From Sandaracinaceae bacterium (GTDB lineage: Bacteria; Myxococcota_A; Polyangia; Polyangiales; JADJQN01): 35,749 nt of DNA. This document shows, one piece after another, positions 1-8,505 of this stretch; positions within the stretch are counted from its first letter, which is position 1, and each line of letters opens with the position of its first letter. The notes under the pieces were generated by a model. That model was given only the letters and a program-made list of their open reading frames with translations. It was not told the origin of the DNA and did no database searches. The stretch lies in the NCBI GenBank assembly GCA_947483975.1, contig CANKOL010000008.1, positions 1 to 35,749 on the forward strand. Reading direction: 5' to 3'. Position numbers and translations under genes: made by a program.

Positions 1-199
1 CGCGCTCCGCGGTCGCGTGCAGTGGGTGATCAAGCCCGACGACCCGGAGGGGCGCGAGCCCGGGATGGGGATCGGCTTCGTCTACGAGAACGAGGCCGAG
101 AGCGATCTCATCGCGTCGATCGTCGAGCGCCTGATGGTCGACTCGCTCGGGCAAGTCATCTTCGGCAAGCTCGTCGGCAACCGCACGCGCGACGAATAG
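1..199 (+). CDS. 3' end of a PilZ-like (TIGR02266-type) myxobacterial protein, truncated by the window edge
   Basis: C-terminal pattern 'VQWV...PGMGIGF...' resembles the last strands of PilZ/TIGR02266 domains; stop at 197-199; the start lies outside the window. Confidence 0.55.
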   Translation, partial: ALRGRVQWVIKPDDPEGREPGMGIGFVYENEAESDLIASIVERLMVDSLGQVIFGKLVGNRTRDE

Positions 200-244
200 C
201 GCGCCCGCCTCGACGCGCCGTGCCGCGCCCCGGCGAAGGGACCA

Positions 245-250
245 TATAGT
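245..250 (+). promoter_or_regulatory. Sigma70-type -10 element directly upstream of nadA (probably leaderless)
   Basis: TATAGT at 245-250, 6 nt before ATG 257; no Shine-Dalgarno in between. Confidence 0.55.
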
Positions 251-256
251 GTCGCC

Positions 257-1204
257 ATGACCGCCGCGCCGCTCCCCTCCGCGCTCGACCTCGAAGCCGA
301 GATCCGCCGCCTCAAGCAGGAGCGGAACGCCGTGATCCTGGCCCACTACTACCAGGACTCCGAGATCCAGGACCTCGCCGACTTCATCGGCGACTCGCTC
401 CAGCTCGCGCAGGCCGCGAAGAAGACGGACGCCGCCGTCATCGCCTTCTGCGGCGTGCACTTCATGGCCGAGACCGCGAAGATCCTGAACCCGGGGCGCG
501 TCGTCGTGCTGCCCGACCTCGAGGCGGGCTGCTCGCTCGCGTCGGGCTGCCCGGGCGACGCCTTCGTGCGCTGGCGCGCCAAGTACCCGGACGCCGTCGC
601 CATCAGCTACATCAACTGCACCGCCGAGGTGAAGGCCGCGAGCGACCTGATCTGCACCTCGTCGAACGCCGTGAAGATCGTCGCGTCTGTCCCCGCCGAC
701 AAGCAGATCCTCTTCGCGCCCGATCAGAACCTCGGCCGCTACGTGATGAAGCAGACGGGCCGCGAGATGATCCTCTGGCCGGGCAGCTGCATCGTCCACG
801 AGACGTTCAGCGAGCGGCGCCTGATCGAGCTCATGACGCGGCACCCCGACGCGGAGGTCATCGCGCACCCGGAGTGCGAGGAGCCGCTCCTGCGCCGCTC
901 GGCGTTCATCGGCTCGACGAGCGCGCTCCTCAAGCACACGGCGGAGAGCCCGAAGCGCGAGTTCATCGTGCTGACGGAGCCCGGCATCCTCCACCAGATG
1001 CAGAAGGCCTCGCCCGACAAGCTCTTCCTCGCGGGTCCGCCCGTCGACGAGAGCTGCTCCTGCAACGAGTGCCCGTTCATGCGCCTCAACACGCTGGAGA
1101 AGCTCTACCTCGCGCTGCGCGACCTTCAGCCGCGCATCGAGATGCAGGAAGACCTCCGCGTGAGGGCGCTCGCGCCGATCGAGCGGATGCTCGCGCTGAG
1201 CTGA
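257..1204 (+). CDS. nadA: Quinolinate synthase A (4Fe-4S)
   Basis: Motifs [30 protein letters not shown] and the three Fe-S cysteines in AGCSLA, SCIVHE and ECPFMR. Confidence 0.97.
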   Translation: MTAAPLPSALDLEAEIRRLKQERNAVILAHYYQDSEIQDLADFIGDSLQLAQAAKKTDAAVIAFCGVHFMAETAKILNPGRVVVLPDLEAGCSLASGCPGDAFVRWRAKYPDAVAISYINCTAEVKAASDLICTSSNAVKIVASVPADKQILFAPDQNLGRYVMKQTGREMILWPGSCIVHETFSERRLIELMTRHPDAEVIAHPECEEPLLRRSAFIGSTSALLKHTAESPKREFIVLTEPGILHQMQKASPDKLFLAGPPVDESCSCNECPFMRLNTLEKLYLALRDLQPRIEMQEDLRVRALAPIERMLALS

Positions 1205-1226
1205 ACGAGCCGCGGCGCGCGACCAC

Positions 1227-1478
1227 TCAGCGAACCTCGACGGTGCCGCCGCGGTGCTCGTGCCCGCGCCCCCGGTTGCCGCCGACGACCACGACCCCAC
1301 CGCGCCCACGGTTGTCGTGGCGTTCGCCGTGGTAGCCGCGGTGGTTGTACGGGCGGCCGTAACCGGGGCCGACACGGGCGAAGCAACCCGAGGCCAGCAC
1401 TAGCGCGCCGAGGAGCGTGAGCGCCAGCGCCAACGCGCGCGTGAGTCGGAGCGGACTACGTCCGGTGGTGGTCATCAT
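1227..1478 (-). CDS. Small putative lipoprotein with Gly/Arg/His-rich mature part
   Basis: Basic N-terminus, hydrophobic stretch and lipobox-like LASGC; fills the gap between nadA and the next gene. Confidence 0.6.
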   Translation of the reverse strand: MMTTTGRSPLRLTRALALALTLLGALVLASGCFARVGPGYGRPYNHRGYHGERHDNRGRGGVVVVGGNRGRGHEHRGGTVEVR

Positions 1479-1533
1479 CTCGTGTACGAAGCACGCCGCG
1501 CGCCGATACGCTACCCAGCGGGAGCGCGGCGAC

Positions 1534-2487
1534 TCAGCGCGTCTCGATGACCAGCCGGTAGTTACCGCACATCCCGAAGCCGCTCGTCGCGACGCGCACG
1601 ACGAGGCGCCCGCTGTCGTCCGTGGTGCTGCACTCGGTGTCGATCGCGACGGTCTCCGTCGAGGTGCCCGGGTTCACGGAGCTGCAGCCTGTGCCGCCCG
1701 CGCCGCTGTAATTGCTGCCGATCGTGCAGGTATGGGCGTCGCCGCCGGCGGTGCAGCGATACCACGCGACGAGGTCGAGGTTGCTGCCCGCGGGCATCCC
1801 ATCGAGCGTCACGGTCAACACCGGATTGCCGCCGTCCGTGCCGTCGGTGACGTCGACGAAGAAGTAGTCGAGGTCGAGCGCGTCGTCTGAGTTGTAGATC
1901 GTCTCGGTGAGCGTCGGGCCATTGTCCGCGTCGTTCGTGGCGCCGAGGCGAATGGCGGCTGACTCGGTGTCGTTCGGCTCGCCCGGGTCGGGCGCGCACA
2001 CGCAGCGGCCTGAGGTACACGCGGAGCCTGAGCCGCAATCGCCGCAAGCGAGCGGCGTCCCGCAGCCGTCGTCTGGCGTGCCGCACATCGCGACGAGGTC
2101 GTCGCACGTCCGCGGCGTGCACGCGCAGCCCTCCCCTTCGCGGACGAACGGCGGCGCGCACTCGAAGTCGCACATTCCCCCCGCCGAGCAGATCGCCGTG
2201 CCGCCCGCCGGCGCCGTGCACGGCGCGCTCCCGCAGCCGAGCCGACAGCCGTTCGCGGGATCATCCGTGCGGTCCGCCGTGCAACCGCTCGGGCAAACGT
2301 GCTGCCCGCTCGCGCAGCCGACCCGCATGTCGACGGGCCGACTCGCGTCACCGGGGCCGGCGTCGTACGCGCGCCCGCCAGCGTCGATCGTCGCGGTTCC
2401 GCCCGAGGCGCACGCACCGACGAGCGCACCCAGCGCGAGCACGACCACGAGAGCCGAGGCGGCAGGCGCACGAGAGAGGGACAGCAT
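1534..2487 (-). CDS. Cys-rich lipoprotein with C-terminal PPC-like (pre-peptidase C-terminal) domain
   Basis: Likely start ATG 2487 (the track's 2715 start overlaps the prfB 5' end); signal with lipobox VGAC; many CxxC-type repeats; 'DPGEPNDT...DLDYF' pattern typical of myxobacterial PPC-like domains. Confidence 0.75.
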   Translation of the reverse strand: MLSLSRAPAASALVVVLALGALVGACASGGTATIDAGGRAYDAGPGDASRPVDMRVGCASGQHVCPSGCTADRTDDPANGCRLGCGSAPCTAPAGGTAICSAGGMCDFECAPPFVREGEGCACTPRTCDDLVAMCGTPDDGCGTPLACGDCGSGSACTSGRCVCAPDPGEPNDTESAAIRLGATNDADNGPTLTETIYNSDDALDLDYFFVDVTDGTDGGNPVLTVTLDGMPAGSNLDLVAWYRCTAGGDAHTCTIGSNYSGAGGTGCSSVNPGTSTETVAIDTECSTTDDSGRLVVRVATSGFGMCGNYRLVIETR

Positions 2488-2548
2488 CGACCGCGAAGAT
2501 GACACGAGCGCGGCGCGCGCGAAACGCCCGCTTCCTCGGCCCATCCGA

Positions 2549-2577
2549 TTGACATGGCCCAGCGACCAAGCTAGTTG
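2549..2577 (+). promoter_or_regulatory. Putative sigma70 promoter of the prfB-lysS-lol-bamA operon
   Basis: Perfect TTGACA at 2549-2554, 17-nt spacer, imperfect -10 TAGTTG at 2572-2577, ATG at 2587. Confidence 0.5.
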
Positions 2578-2586
2578 CGCCCCCCT

Positions 2587-3745
2587 ATGTCGATGACCGT
2601 CAGCGAGTGCCGCGATTCTCTCGCGAACTTCGCTCAGCGCCTGGATGCGCTGGGGAGGTACCTTTGACGTCCCTGACCTGCGCCGGAAGCTCCGCGAGCT
2701 AAACGACCGCACCACGGCCGAGGGCTTCTGGGAAGACCCCGACCGTGCTCAGACGATGCTGCGCGAGCGCGCGGCCGTCGAAGAGCAGATCACCACCTTC
2801 GAGAAGCTCAGCACGTCCGTGAAGGATCTCGGCGAGCTGCTCGAGATGGCCGTCGCCGAGGGCGACGAGTCGATGATCGAGGACGTCGGCACGCAGATGC
2901 CGGACCTCGAGCGCGGCATTCGCACGATGGAGGTCGCGCGCATGCTCTCCGGCGCGGAGGACCGCTCGGACTGCATCGTCACGATCCACCCCGGCACCGG
3001 CGGACTCGACGCGCAGGACTGGGCCGCGATGCTCATGCGCATGTACCTGCGCTGGTGCGAGCGGCGCGGCTTCAAGACCGAGATCATCGACCGGCAGGAC
3101 GACGAAGCCGGCATCAAAGAGGTCTCGTTCCTCGTGCGCGGCCCGTACGCGTACGGCTTTCTGCGCGCGGAGGGCGGCGTGCACCGCCTGATCCGCATCT
3201 CGCCCTTCGACGCCAACGCGCGCCGTCAGACCGCGTTCGCCGCGGTGTTCGTCGTCCCCGATCTCGACGAGGGCAAGACGGATATCGTCATCAAGGCGGA
3301 GGATCTCGAGGTCGACACCTTCCGCTCGGGTGGCAAGGGCGGGCAGCACGTCAACAAGACCGAGTCCGCCATCCGCATCACGCACATCCCCACGGGGATC
3401 ATCGTGAAGTGCCAGGCGGAGCGCTCGCAGCACAAGAACCGCGCGAGCGCGATGAAGATGATGCTCGGCTTGCTCTACGAGCGTCGGCGTCAGGAGCGCG
3501 AGGCGGAGTTCGAGAAGACGTACGCCTCGGACAAGATGGAGATCGGCTTCGGCTCGCAGATCCGCACCTACACGATGGCGCCCTATCGCCTCGTCAAGGA
3601 CGAGCGGACGGAGCTCAAGGTGAGCAACATCGACGCCGTGCTCGACGGCGATCTCGACGAGTTCATCGAGTCGTACCTCCTCTGGTCGGCGAATCGGAAA
3701 GCGCAGCGCCAATCTGGCTCTGCCGGAACGAACACGAGCCCATAG
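2587..3745 (+). CDS. prfB: Peptide chain release factor 2, expressed through a programmed +1 frameshift
   Basis: Frame 0 from ATG 2587 gives MSMTVSECRDSLANFAQRLDALGRYL, ending in CTT TGA (2662-2667); the +1 frame resumes at GAC 2666 and contains the RF2 SPF motif (RISPFD) and GGQ (GGKGGQHVN). Confidence 0.97.
2653..2668 (+). promoter_or_regulatory. RF2 programmed +1 frameshift cassette
   Basis: GGGAGG-TAC-CTT-TGA-C: internal Shine-Dalgarno, slippery CTT-T and weak stop context TGA-C. Confidence 0.95.
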
Positions 3746-3805
3746 CGGTTCGAGGCCCGGCGATGCCGCTCTCGGGGCAGCGCCACAGCGCGAGCGGGGA
3801 CCTAC

Positions 3806-5413
3806 GTGGCGAGTGAAGACGAGCTGAGAGCGGCGCGGCAGGCGCACGCGGTGAGCATCGAAGCGGCGGGGACGAAGGCGTTTCCCAACGACTTCCGGGC
3901 CGACCCGGTGACCGAGGGGCGTCGGCGCGCGCTCGTCGCGCTCGCGGAGGGAGCCGCCGAGGCGCGCGAGGGGCTCCCCGCGGAGGACGGCGTCTCCGCC
4001 GACGCCGAGCACTTCCCGCTCTACGGGCGCGTGATGGCCAAGCGCGGCCCGTTCGTCGTCTTTCAGACGCCGTACGGCAAGGCGCAGGCGCTCGTCCGCG
4101 CCGACGCGCTGCCCGCCGAGGACGCGCGCCTCTTCGCGGAGGTCGACCTCGCCGATCACGCGTACGTCTCCGGTCCGCTCCTGCGCACGAAGACGGGCGC
4201 GCTCGCCGTGAAGGCGCTGCGCTGGCGGCACCTCGGCAAGGCGATGCTCCCGCCGCCGGACAAGTGGCACGGGCTCACCGACATCGAAAAGCGCTACCGC
4301 GAGCGCTACGTCGATCTCTTCGCGAACCCGGACGTCGCCGCGGTGTTCCGCGCGCGATCGCTGATCGTGCGCGAGCTGCGCACTTTCCTCGAGACGCGCG
4401 ACTTCCTCGAGGTCGAGACGCCGATGCTGCATCAGCTCCGCGGCGGCGCGACGGCCAAGCCCTTCCACACGCACCACAACGCGCTCGATCTGCCGCTGTT
4501 TCTGCGGATCGCGCCGGAGCTGTACCTCAAGCGGCTCGTCGTCGGGGGCTTCGATCGCGTCTACGAGATCGGTCGCAGCTTCCGCAACGAGGGCGTCAGC
4601 TCGCGCCACAACCCCGAGTTCACGATGCTCGAGGCGTACCTCGCGTACGCCACCGTCGACGACTGGATGGATCTCCTCGAGGCGATGCTGAAGCAGGCGG
4701 ACGCCCGCGTCGGCGAGGCGTACCCGCAGCTCACCGGCGGGCGCACGTTCTCGTTCGCCGCGCCGTGGAAGCGCGTGCGGATGCGCGACGCGATCGTCGA
4801 GCGCGCGGCGCGCGCAGGGCAAGGCGAGGTGCCGCCCTCGCCCTTCGCCGGGCGCCTGACGCACGACGTCGTCTACGACGAGGCGAAGCTGCTCGCCGCG
4901 TGTGAGGCCGTCGCGCCGTCCCTCGACGAGCACGCGCGCAAGCTGCTCGCGAAGGCCGAGACGCACGGCGCGCGGCTGTTCTTGCTCTACGAGCTCGTCG
5001 TCGAGCCGGACCTGACCAAGCTCTACCGCACCGACGATGGGTCGCAGTCGCTGCCGGTGTTCGTCATGGACTACCCGTTCGAGGTGTCGCCGCTCGCGCG
5101 CCGCAACGACCTCGAGCCCGCGTTCACCGACCGCTTCGAGCTCTTCGTCGACGGACGCGAGATCGCCAACGCCTTCAGCGAGCTCAACGACCCGGACGAT
5201 CAGGCTGCGCGGTTCCGCGGACAGCTCGACAACCGCGCCGGCGGCGACGAAGAGGCGATGGACTACGACGCCGACTACATCCGGGCGCTCTCGCACGGCA
5301 TGCCGCCGGCGGCGGGCATGGGGCTCGGCGTCGACCGCCTGACGATGCTGCTCTGCGGCCAGGCGTCGATCCGCGACGTGCTGCTCTTCCCGCTGCTGCG
5401 CGGGCCGGCGTGA
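3806..5413 (+). CDS. lysS: Lysine--tRNA ligase (class II)
   Basis: [33 protein letters not shown]...[30 protein letters not shown]; standard prfB-lysS linkage. Confidence 0.96.
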   Translation: MASEDELRAARQAHAVSIEAAGTKAFPNDFRADPVTEGRRRALVALAEGAAEAREGLPAEDGVSADAEHFPLYGRVMAKRGPFVVFQTPYGKAQALVRADALPAEDARLFAEVDLADHAYVSGPLLRTKTGALAVKALRWRHLGKAMLPPPDKWHGLTDIEKRYRERYVDLFANPDVAAVFRARSLIVRELRTFLETRDFLEVETPMLHQLRGGATAKPFHTHHNALDLPLFLRIAPELYLKRLVVGGFDRVYEIGRSFRNEGVSSRHNPEFTMLEAYLAYATVDDWMDLLEAMLKQADARVGEAYPQLTGGRTFSFAAPWKRVRMRDAIVERAARAGQGEVPPSPFAGRLTHDVVYDEAKLLAACEAVAPSLDEHARKLLAKAETHGARLFLLYELVVEPDLTKLYRTDDGSQSLPVFVMDYPFEVSPLARRNDLEPAFTDRFELFVDGREIANAFSELNDPDDQAARFRGQLDNRAGGDEEAMDYDADYIRALSHGMPPAAGMGLGVDRLTMLLCGQASIRDVLLFPLLRGPA

Positions 5414-5414
5414 C

Positions 5415-7706
5415 GTGAGCCGCGAGCTACGCGCAGGAGTGGTCCCGAGCGCCTATGCGCTCTGGGTGCCGGTGTACCTCGCGGGGCTCGTCTCGCTCGC
5501 GGTGCTGCCCTTCGAGCGAATCGCGCACAACCCGCTCGGCGGCACGGCGGCGCTCACTGGCCTCGCGGTGCTGTACACGCTCTGGCTGCCGGTCGCCCTC
5601 GTGCTCCAGCTCGGGCTCGCGATCGCCGCGCTCGTCAGCATGAGGCGCGTCGCGCGCGGCACCGTGGGGCGCGCGCGCCTGGTCGTGCTCGGCTGGGCGG
5701 GCGTCGCGCAGCCGCTCTTGCAGGCCGCCCTGGCGTGGCTCTTGACCGCCGCGCGCATCGACGCGCTGCTCGCGCACGGCGCAGGTCCCCGCGTGCTCGG
5801 CGAGGTCCAGTACGAGCTGCCGCCCAACTTATCGCTCGTCTACCTGATCGTGGTCGTCGCGACGAGCGCCTCGCTCCTCGTGCTGCTCGGCACCGAGCTT
5901 TCGTGCTGGTTTCTCCTCCCGAAGCGCGCCCGCGCGGCCGTGTGGATCGGCGTCGACGTCCTGCTCGTCGTGGCGTTCGTGCTCGCCACGCTGTTCTTCC
6001 CGCTGCGCCCGAGCCCCATCGCCCCCGACGTGGCGCAGCCCGCCATCCGCCTCGCGATCACGACGGCGTTCGTCATCCGCGCGATCGCCCGCCTGCTCGC
6101 GCCTCTGCTCGACGTGATCGAGCACACGAGCTTCAACGCGCTGATCGCCGCGCGGATGCTGCGCGCGGGCAAGAGCGGCTTTCTCACGGCGATCGGCACG
6201 CTCTCGATCCTCGCCGTGTCCGTCTCGTCCTGCGCGCTGACGACGACGCTCAGCGTGATGGGCGGCTTCCGCCAGGACCTCAAGCGCAAGATCCTCGGCA
6301 ACAGCGCGCACGTCGTCGTGGACCGTGAGCACGGCACCTTCGACGGCTGGATGCCGATGCTCGCGCGCGTCCGCTCCGTGCCCAACGTGATCGGCGCCTC
6401 GCCCTACGCGGCAGGCGAGGTGATGGTCTCGAGCGCGTCGAACCTCTCCGGCGCGGTGCTGCGCGGCATCGATCCGGCGACCGCCTCGCAGGTGACGGAC
6501 CTCGAGCGCAACCTGAAGCGCGGGCGCATGGCGTACCTGCGGCACCCCGAGCAGCTCGTGGATCTGCCGCGCAATCAGATCGACGGCGCCCTGCTCCCGC
6601 CCGACCGACCGCTCTTCATCCGGCCCGACGCGGGCGCGCCGGTCGTCGATCCGACCGACGAGGCGCACGCCGGGAGCGGGCTCGCGCTCGATCTCGACAG
6701 CATCCTGGCAGAGGCGCGCGACGGCGGAGTGGGCTCGAGCCCCATCGCGGCGGACGCCGGCCTACCCAGCCTCGCCAGCGCCGAGCCTCCCGCTCTCGGC
6801 GACCCGCGCGATCGCACGCCGCACGATCCGCGTGACGACGGGCTGCGCGGCGGCGGCCTGCACCTCGACGACTACCTCCTCCCCGACGACGATCTCGGGC
6901 CGCGGCGCGAGGTGCTGCCCGGGATCATCGTCGGCCAAGAGCTCGCGCGCACGCTCCGCTTGTTCGTCGGCGACGAGGTGAGCGTCGTCTCGCCGCTCGG
7001 CGGGCTCGGTCCAACGGGCCCTGTGCCGAAGTCGCGCGCCTTCCGCGTCGCGGGGATCTTCTACAGCGGCATGTACGAGTACGACATGAAGTACGTGTAC
7101 GTGATGCTCCCCGTCGCGCAGGACTTCCTCTCGACCGGCGACGCGATCACCGGCATCGAGATCAAGGTGCGCGACGTCGAGCGCGCGCCCGACGCGGCGA
7201 TCGCGATCCGCCGCGTGATCGACCGCAGCGACGTGCGCGTCCGCGACTGGCAGGAGACGAACCGCAACCTCTTCGGCGCGCTCGCGCTCGAGAAGCTCGC
7301 GATGTTCATCGCGCTCGGAATAGCCATCATCGTCGCGGGCTTCTGCGTCTTCGGAACGCTCACCCTGATGGTGCAAGAGAAGGCGCGCGAGGTCGGGGTG
7401 CTGAAGGCCATGGGCACCAAGCCCGGCGGCATCGTCGGCGCGTTCCTGTTCGAGGGCGTGCTGATCGGGCTCTTCGGCTCGAGCATCGGCCTCGGCGCGG
7501 GCTACGTCGCGTGCTTCGCGGCGGAGCACTTCGGCGTGCAGATGAACCCCGAGGTCTATTACATCGACAAGCTCCCCGTGGCCGTCGACGGGACGGAATT
7601 CCTGATGGTCTTCGTCGCCTCGGTCGCCGTCTGCATGCTCGCGACGGTGTTCCCCGCGGTCCTCGCGAGCCGGCTCAAGCCGGTGGACGCCCTCCGCTTC
7701 GACTGA
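5415..7706 (+). CDS. LolC/E-family (FtsX/MacB-like) lipoprotein-releasing ABC permease with extra N-terminal membrane domain
   Basis: SVMGGF..DL..KILG, GIFYSGMYEYD, DWQETNRNLF.AL..EK, EKAREVGVLKAMG, YYIDKLP and LKPVDALRFD; lies directly upstream of lolD. Confidence 0.9.
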   Translation: MSRELRAGVVPSAYALWVPVYLAGLVSLAVLPFERIAHNPLGGTAALTGLAVLYTLWLPVALVLQLGLAIAALVSMRRVARGTVGRARLVVLGWAGVAQPLLQAALAWLLTAARIDALLAHGAGPRVLGEVQYELPPNLSLVYLIVVVATSASLLVLLGTELSCWFLLPKRARAAVWIGVDVLLVVAFVLATLFFPLRPSPIAPDVAQPAIRLAITTAFVIRAIARLLAPLLDVIEHTSFNALIAARMLRAGKSGFLTAIGTLSILAVSVSSCALTTTLSVMGGFRQDLKRKILGNSAHVVVDREHGTFDGWMPMLARVRSVPNVIGASPYAAGEVMVSSASNLSGAVLRGIDPATASQVTDLERNLKRGRMAYLRHPEQLVDLPRNQIDGALLPPDRPLFIRPDAGAPVVDPTDEAHAGSGLALDLDSILAEARDGGVGSSPIAADAGLPSLASAEPPALGDPRDRTPHDPRDDGLRGGGLHLDDYLLPDDDLGPRREVLPGIIVGQELARTLRLFVGDEVSVVSPLGGLGPTGPVPKSRAFRVAGIFYSGMYEYDMKYVYVMLPVAQDFLSTGDAITGIEIKVRDVERAPDAAIAIRRVIDRSDVRVRDWQETNRNLFGALALEKLAMFIALGIAIIVAGFCVFGTLTLMVQEKAREVGVLKAMGTKPGGIVGAFLFEGVLIGLFGSSIGLGAGYVACFAAEHFGVQMNPEVYYIDKLPVAVDGTEFLMVFVASVAVCMLATVFPAVLASRLKPVDALRFD

Positions 7707-7731
7707 AGCCGTTTGGATTGGAGAACAGGCC

Positions 7732-8493
7732 GTGGCCAAGTCGCTCGTGATGGTCGAGAAGCTGCAGAAGAAGTTCCTCCACGAGGGGCGCGAGGTCGCC
7801 GTGCTCAACGGGATCGACCTCGGCATCGACGAGGGGGAGATGCTCTGCGTCGTCGGGCAGTCGGGCGCCGGCAAGAGCACGCTTTTGCACCTGCTCGGCA
7901 CGCTCGATCTGCCGACCGCCGGGCGCATCGTCTACGACGGCGTCGACGTGACGAAGATGTCGAGCGCGCGCCTCGCCGAGTTCCGCAACGAGAAGCTCGG
8001 CTTCGTCTTCCAGTTCCATCACCTGCTGCCTGAGTTCACTGCCCTCGAGAACGTCATGATGCCGGGCCTCATCCGCGGGCAGCGGCGCGCGGAGGTGACG
8101 CAGCGCGCGCAGGCGCTGCTCGAGGAGGTCGGGCTCGCCCATCGCCTCAGCCACCGCCCAGGCGAGCTATCGGGCGGCGAGCAGCAGCGCGTCGCCCTCG
8201 CGCGCGCCCTCGTCATGAACCCGCGCCTCGTGCTCGCGGACGAGCCGACGGGCAACCTCGACAGCAAGACGAGCGAGGCGATCCACACGCTCTTCTTCGA
8301 GCTCAACCGCACCAAGGGCATCACCTTCCTGATCGTGACGCACTCGCGGGAGCTCGCCGACATGATGCCGCGCAAGGTCACGATGCGCGACGGCAAGGTC
8401 GAGAAGGACGAGCAGCAGCACGGCTTCACGCTGCCCGCCGCGGCAGTGCCTGTCGGCGACGACACGCTTGACCCCCCTACCCCCCACGGCTAA
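7732..8493 (+). CDS. lolD: Lipoprotein-releasing ABC transporter ATP-binding subunit
   Basis: Walker A GQSGAGKS, LolD motif GFVFQFHHLL, signature LSGGEQQR, Walker B VLADEPTGNLD. Confidence 0.92.
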   Translation: MAKSLVMVEKLQKKFLHEGREVAVLNGIDLGIDEGEMLCVVGQSGAGKSTLLHLLGTLDLPTAGRIVYDGVDVTKMSSARLAEFRNEKLGFVFQFHHLLPEFTALENVMMPGLIRGQRRAEVTQRAQALLEEVGLAHRLSHRPGELSGGEQQRVALARALVMNPRLVLADEPTGNLDSKTSEAIHTLFFELNRTKGITFLIVTHSRELADMMPRKVTMRDGKVEKDEQQHGFTLPAAAVPVGDDTLDPPTPHG

Positions 8494-8505
8494 ACACGGC
8501 CGCTC

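Noticed and set aside
2645..2668. prfB as a pseudogene or sequencing error
   Set aside because: The in-frame TGA is the canonical programmed frameshift site.
2699..5296. Long antisense ORFs (865 aa here; also 8167-10503, 22594-24990 and others) and Arg/Pro-rich alternative-frame ORFs
   Set aside because: Expected shadow ORFs of high-GC coding DNA lying over well-conserved genes; no recognisable domains.
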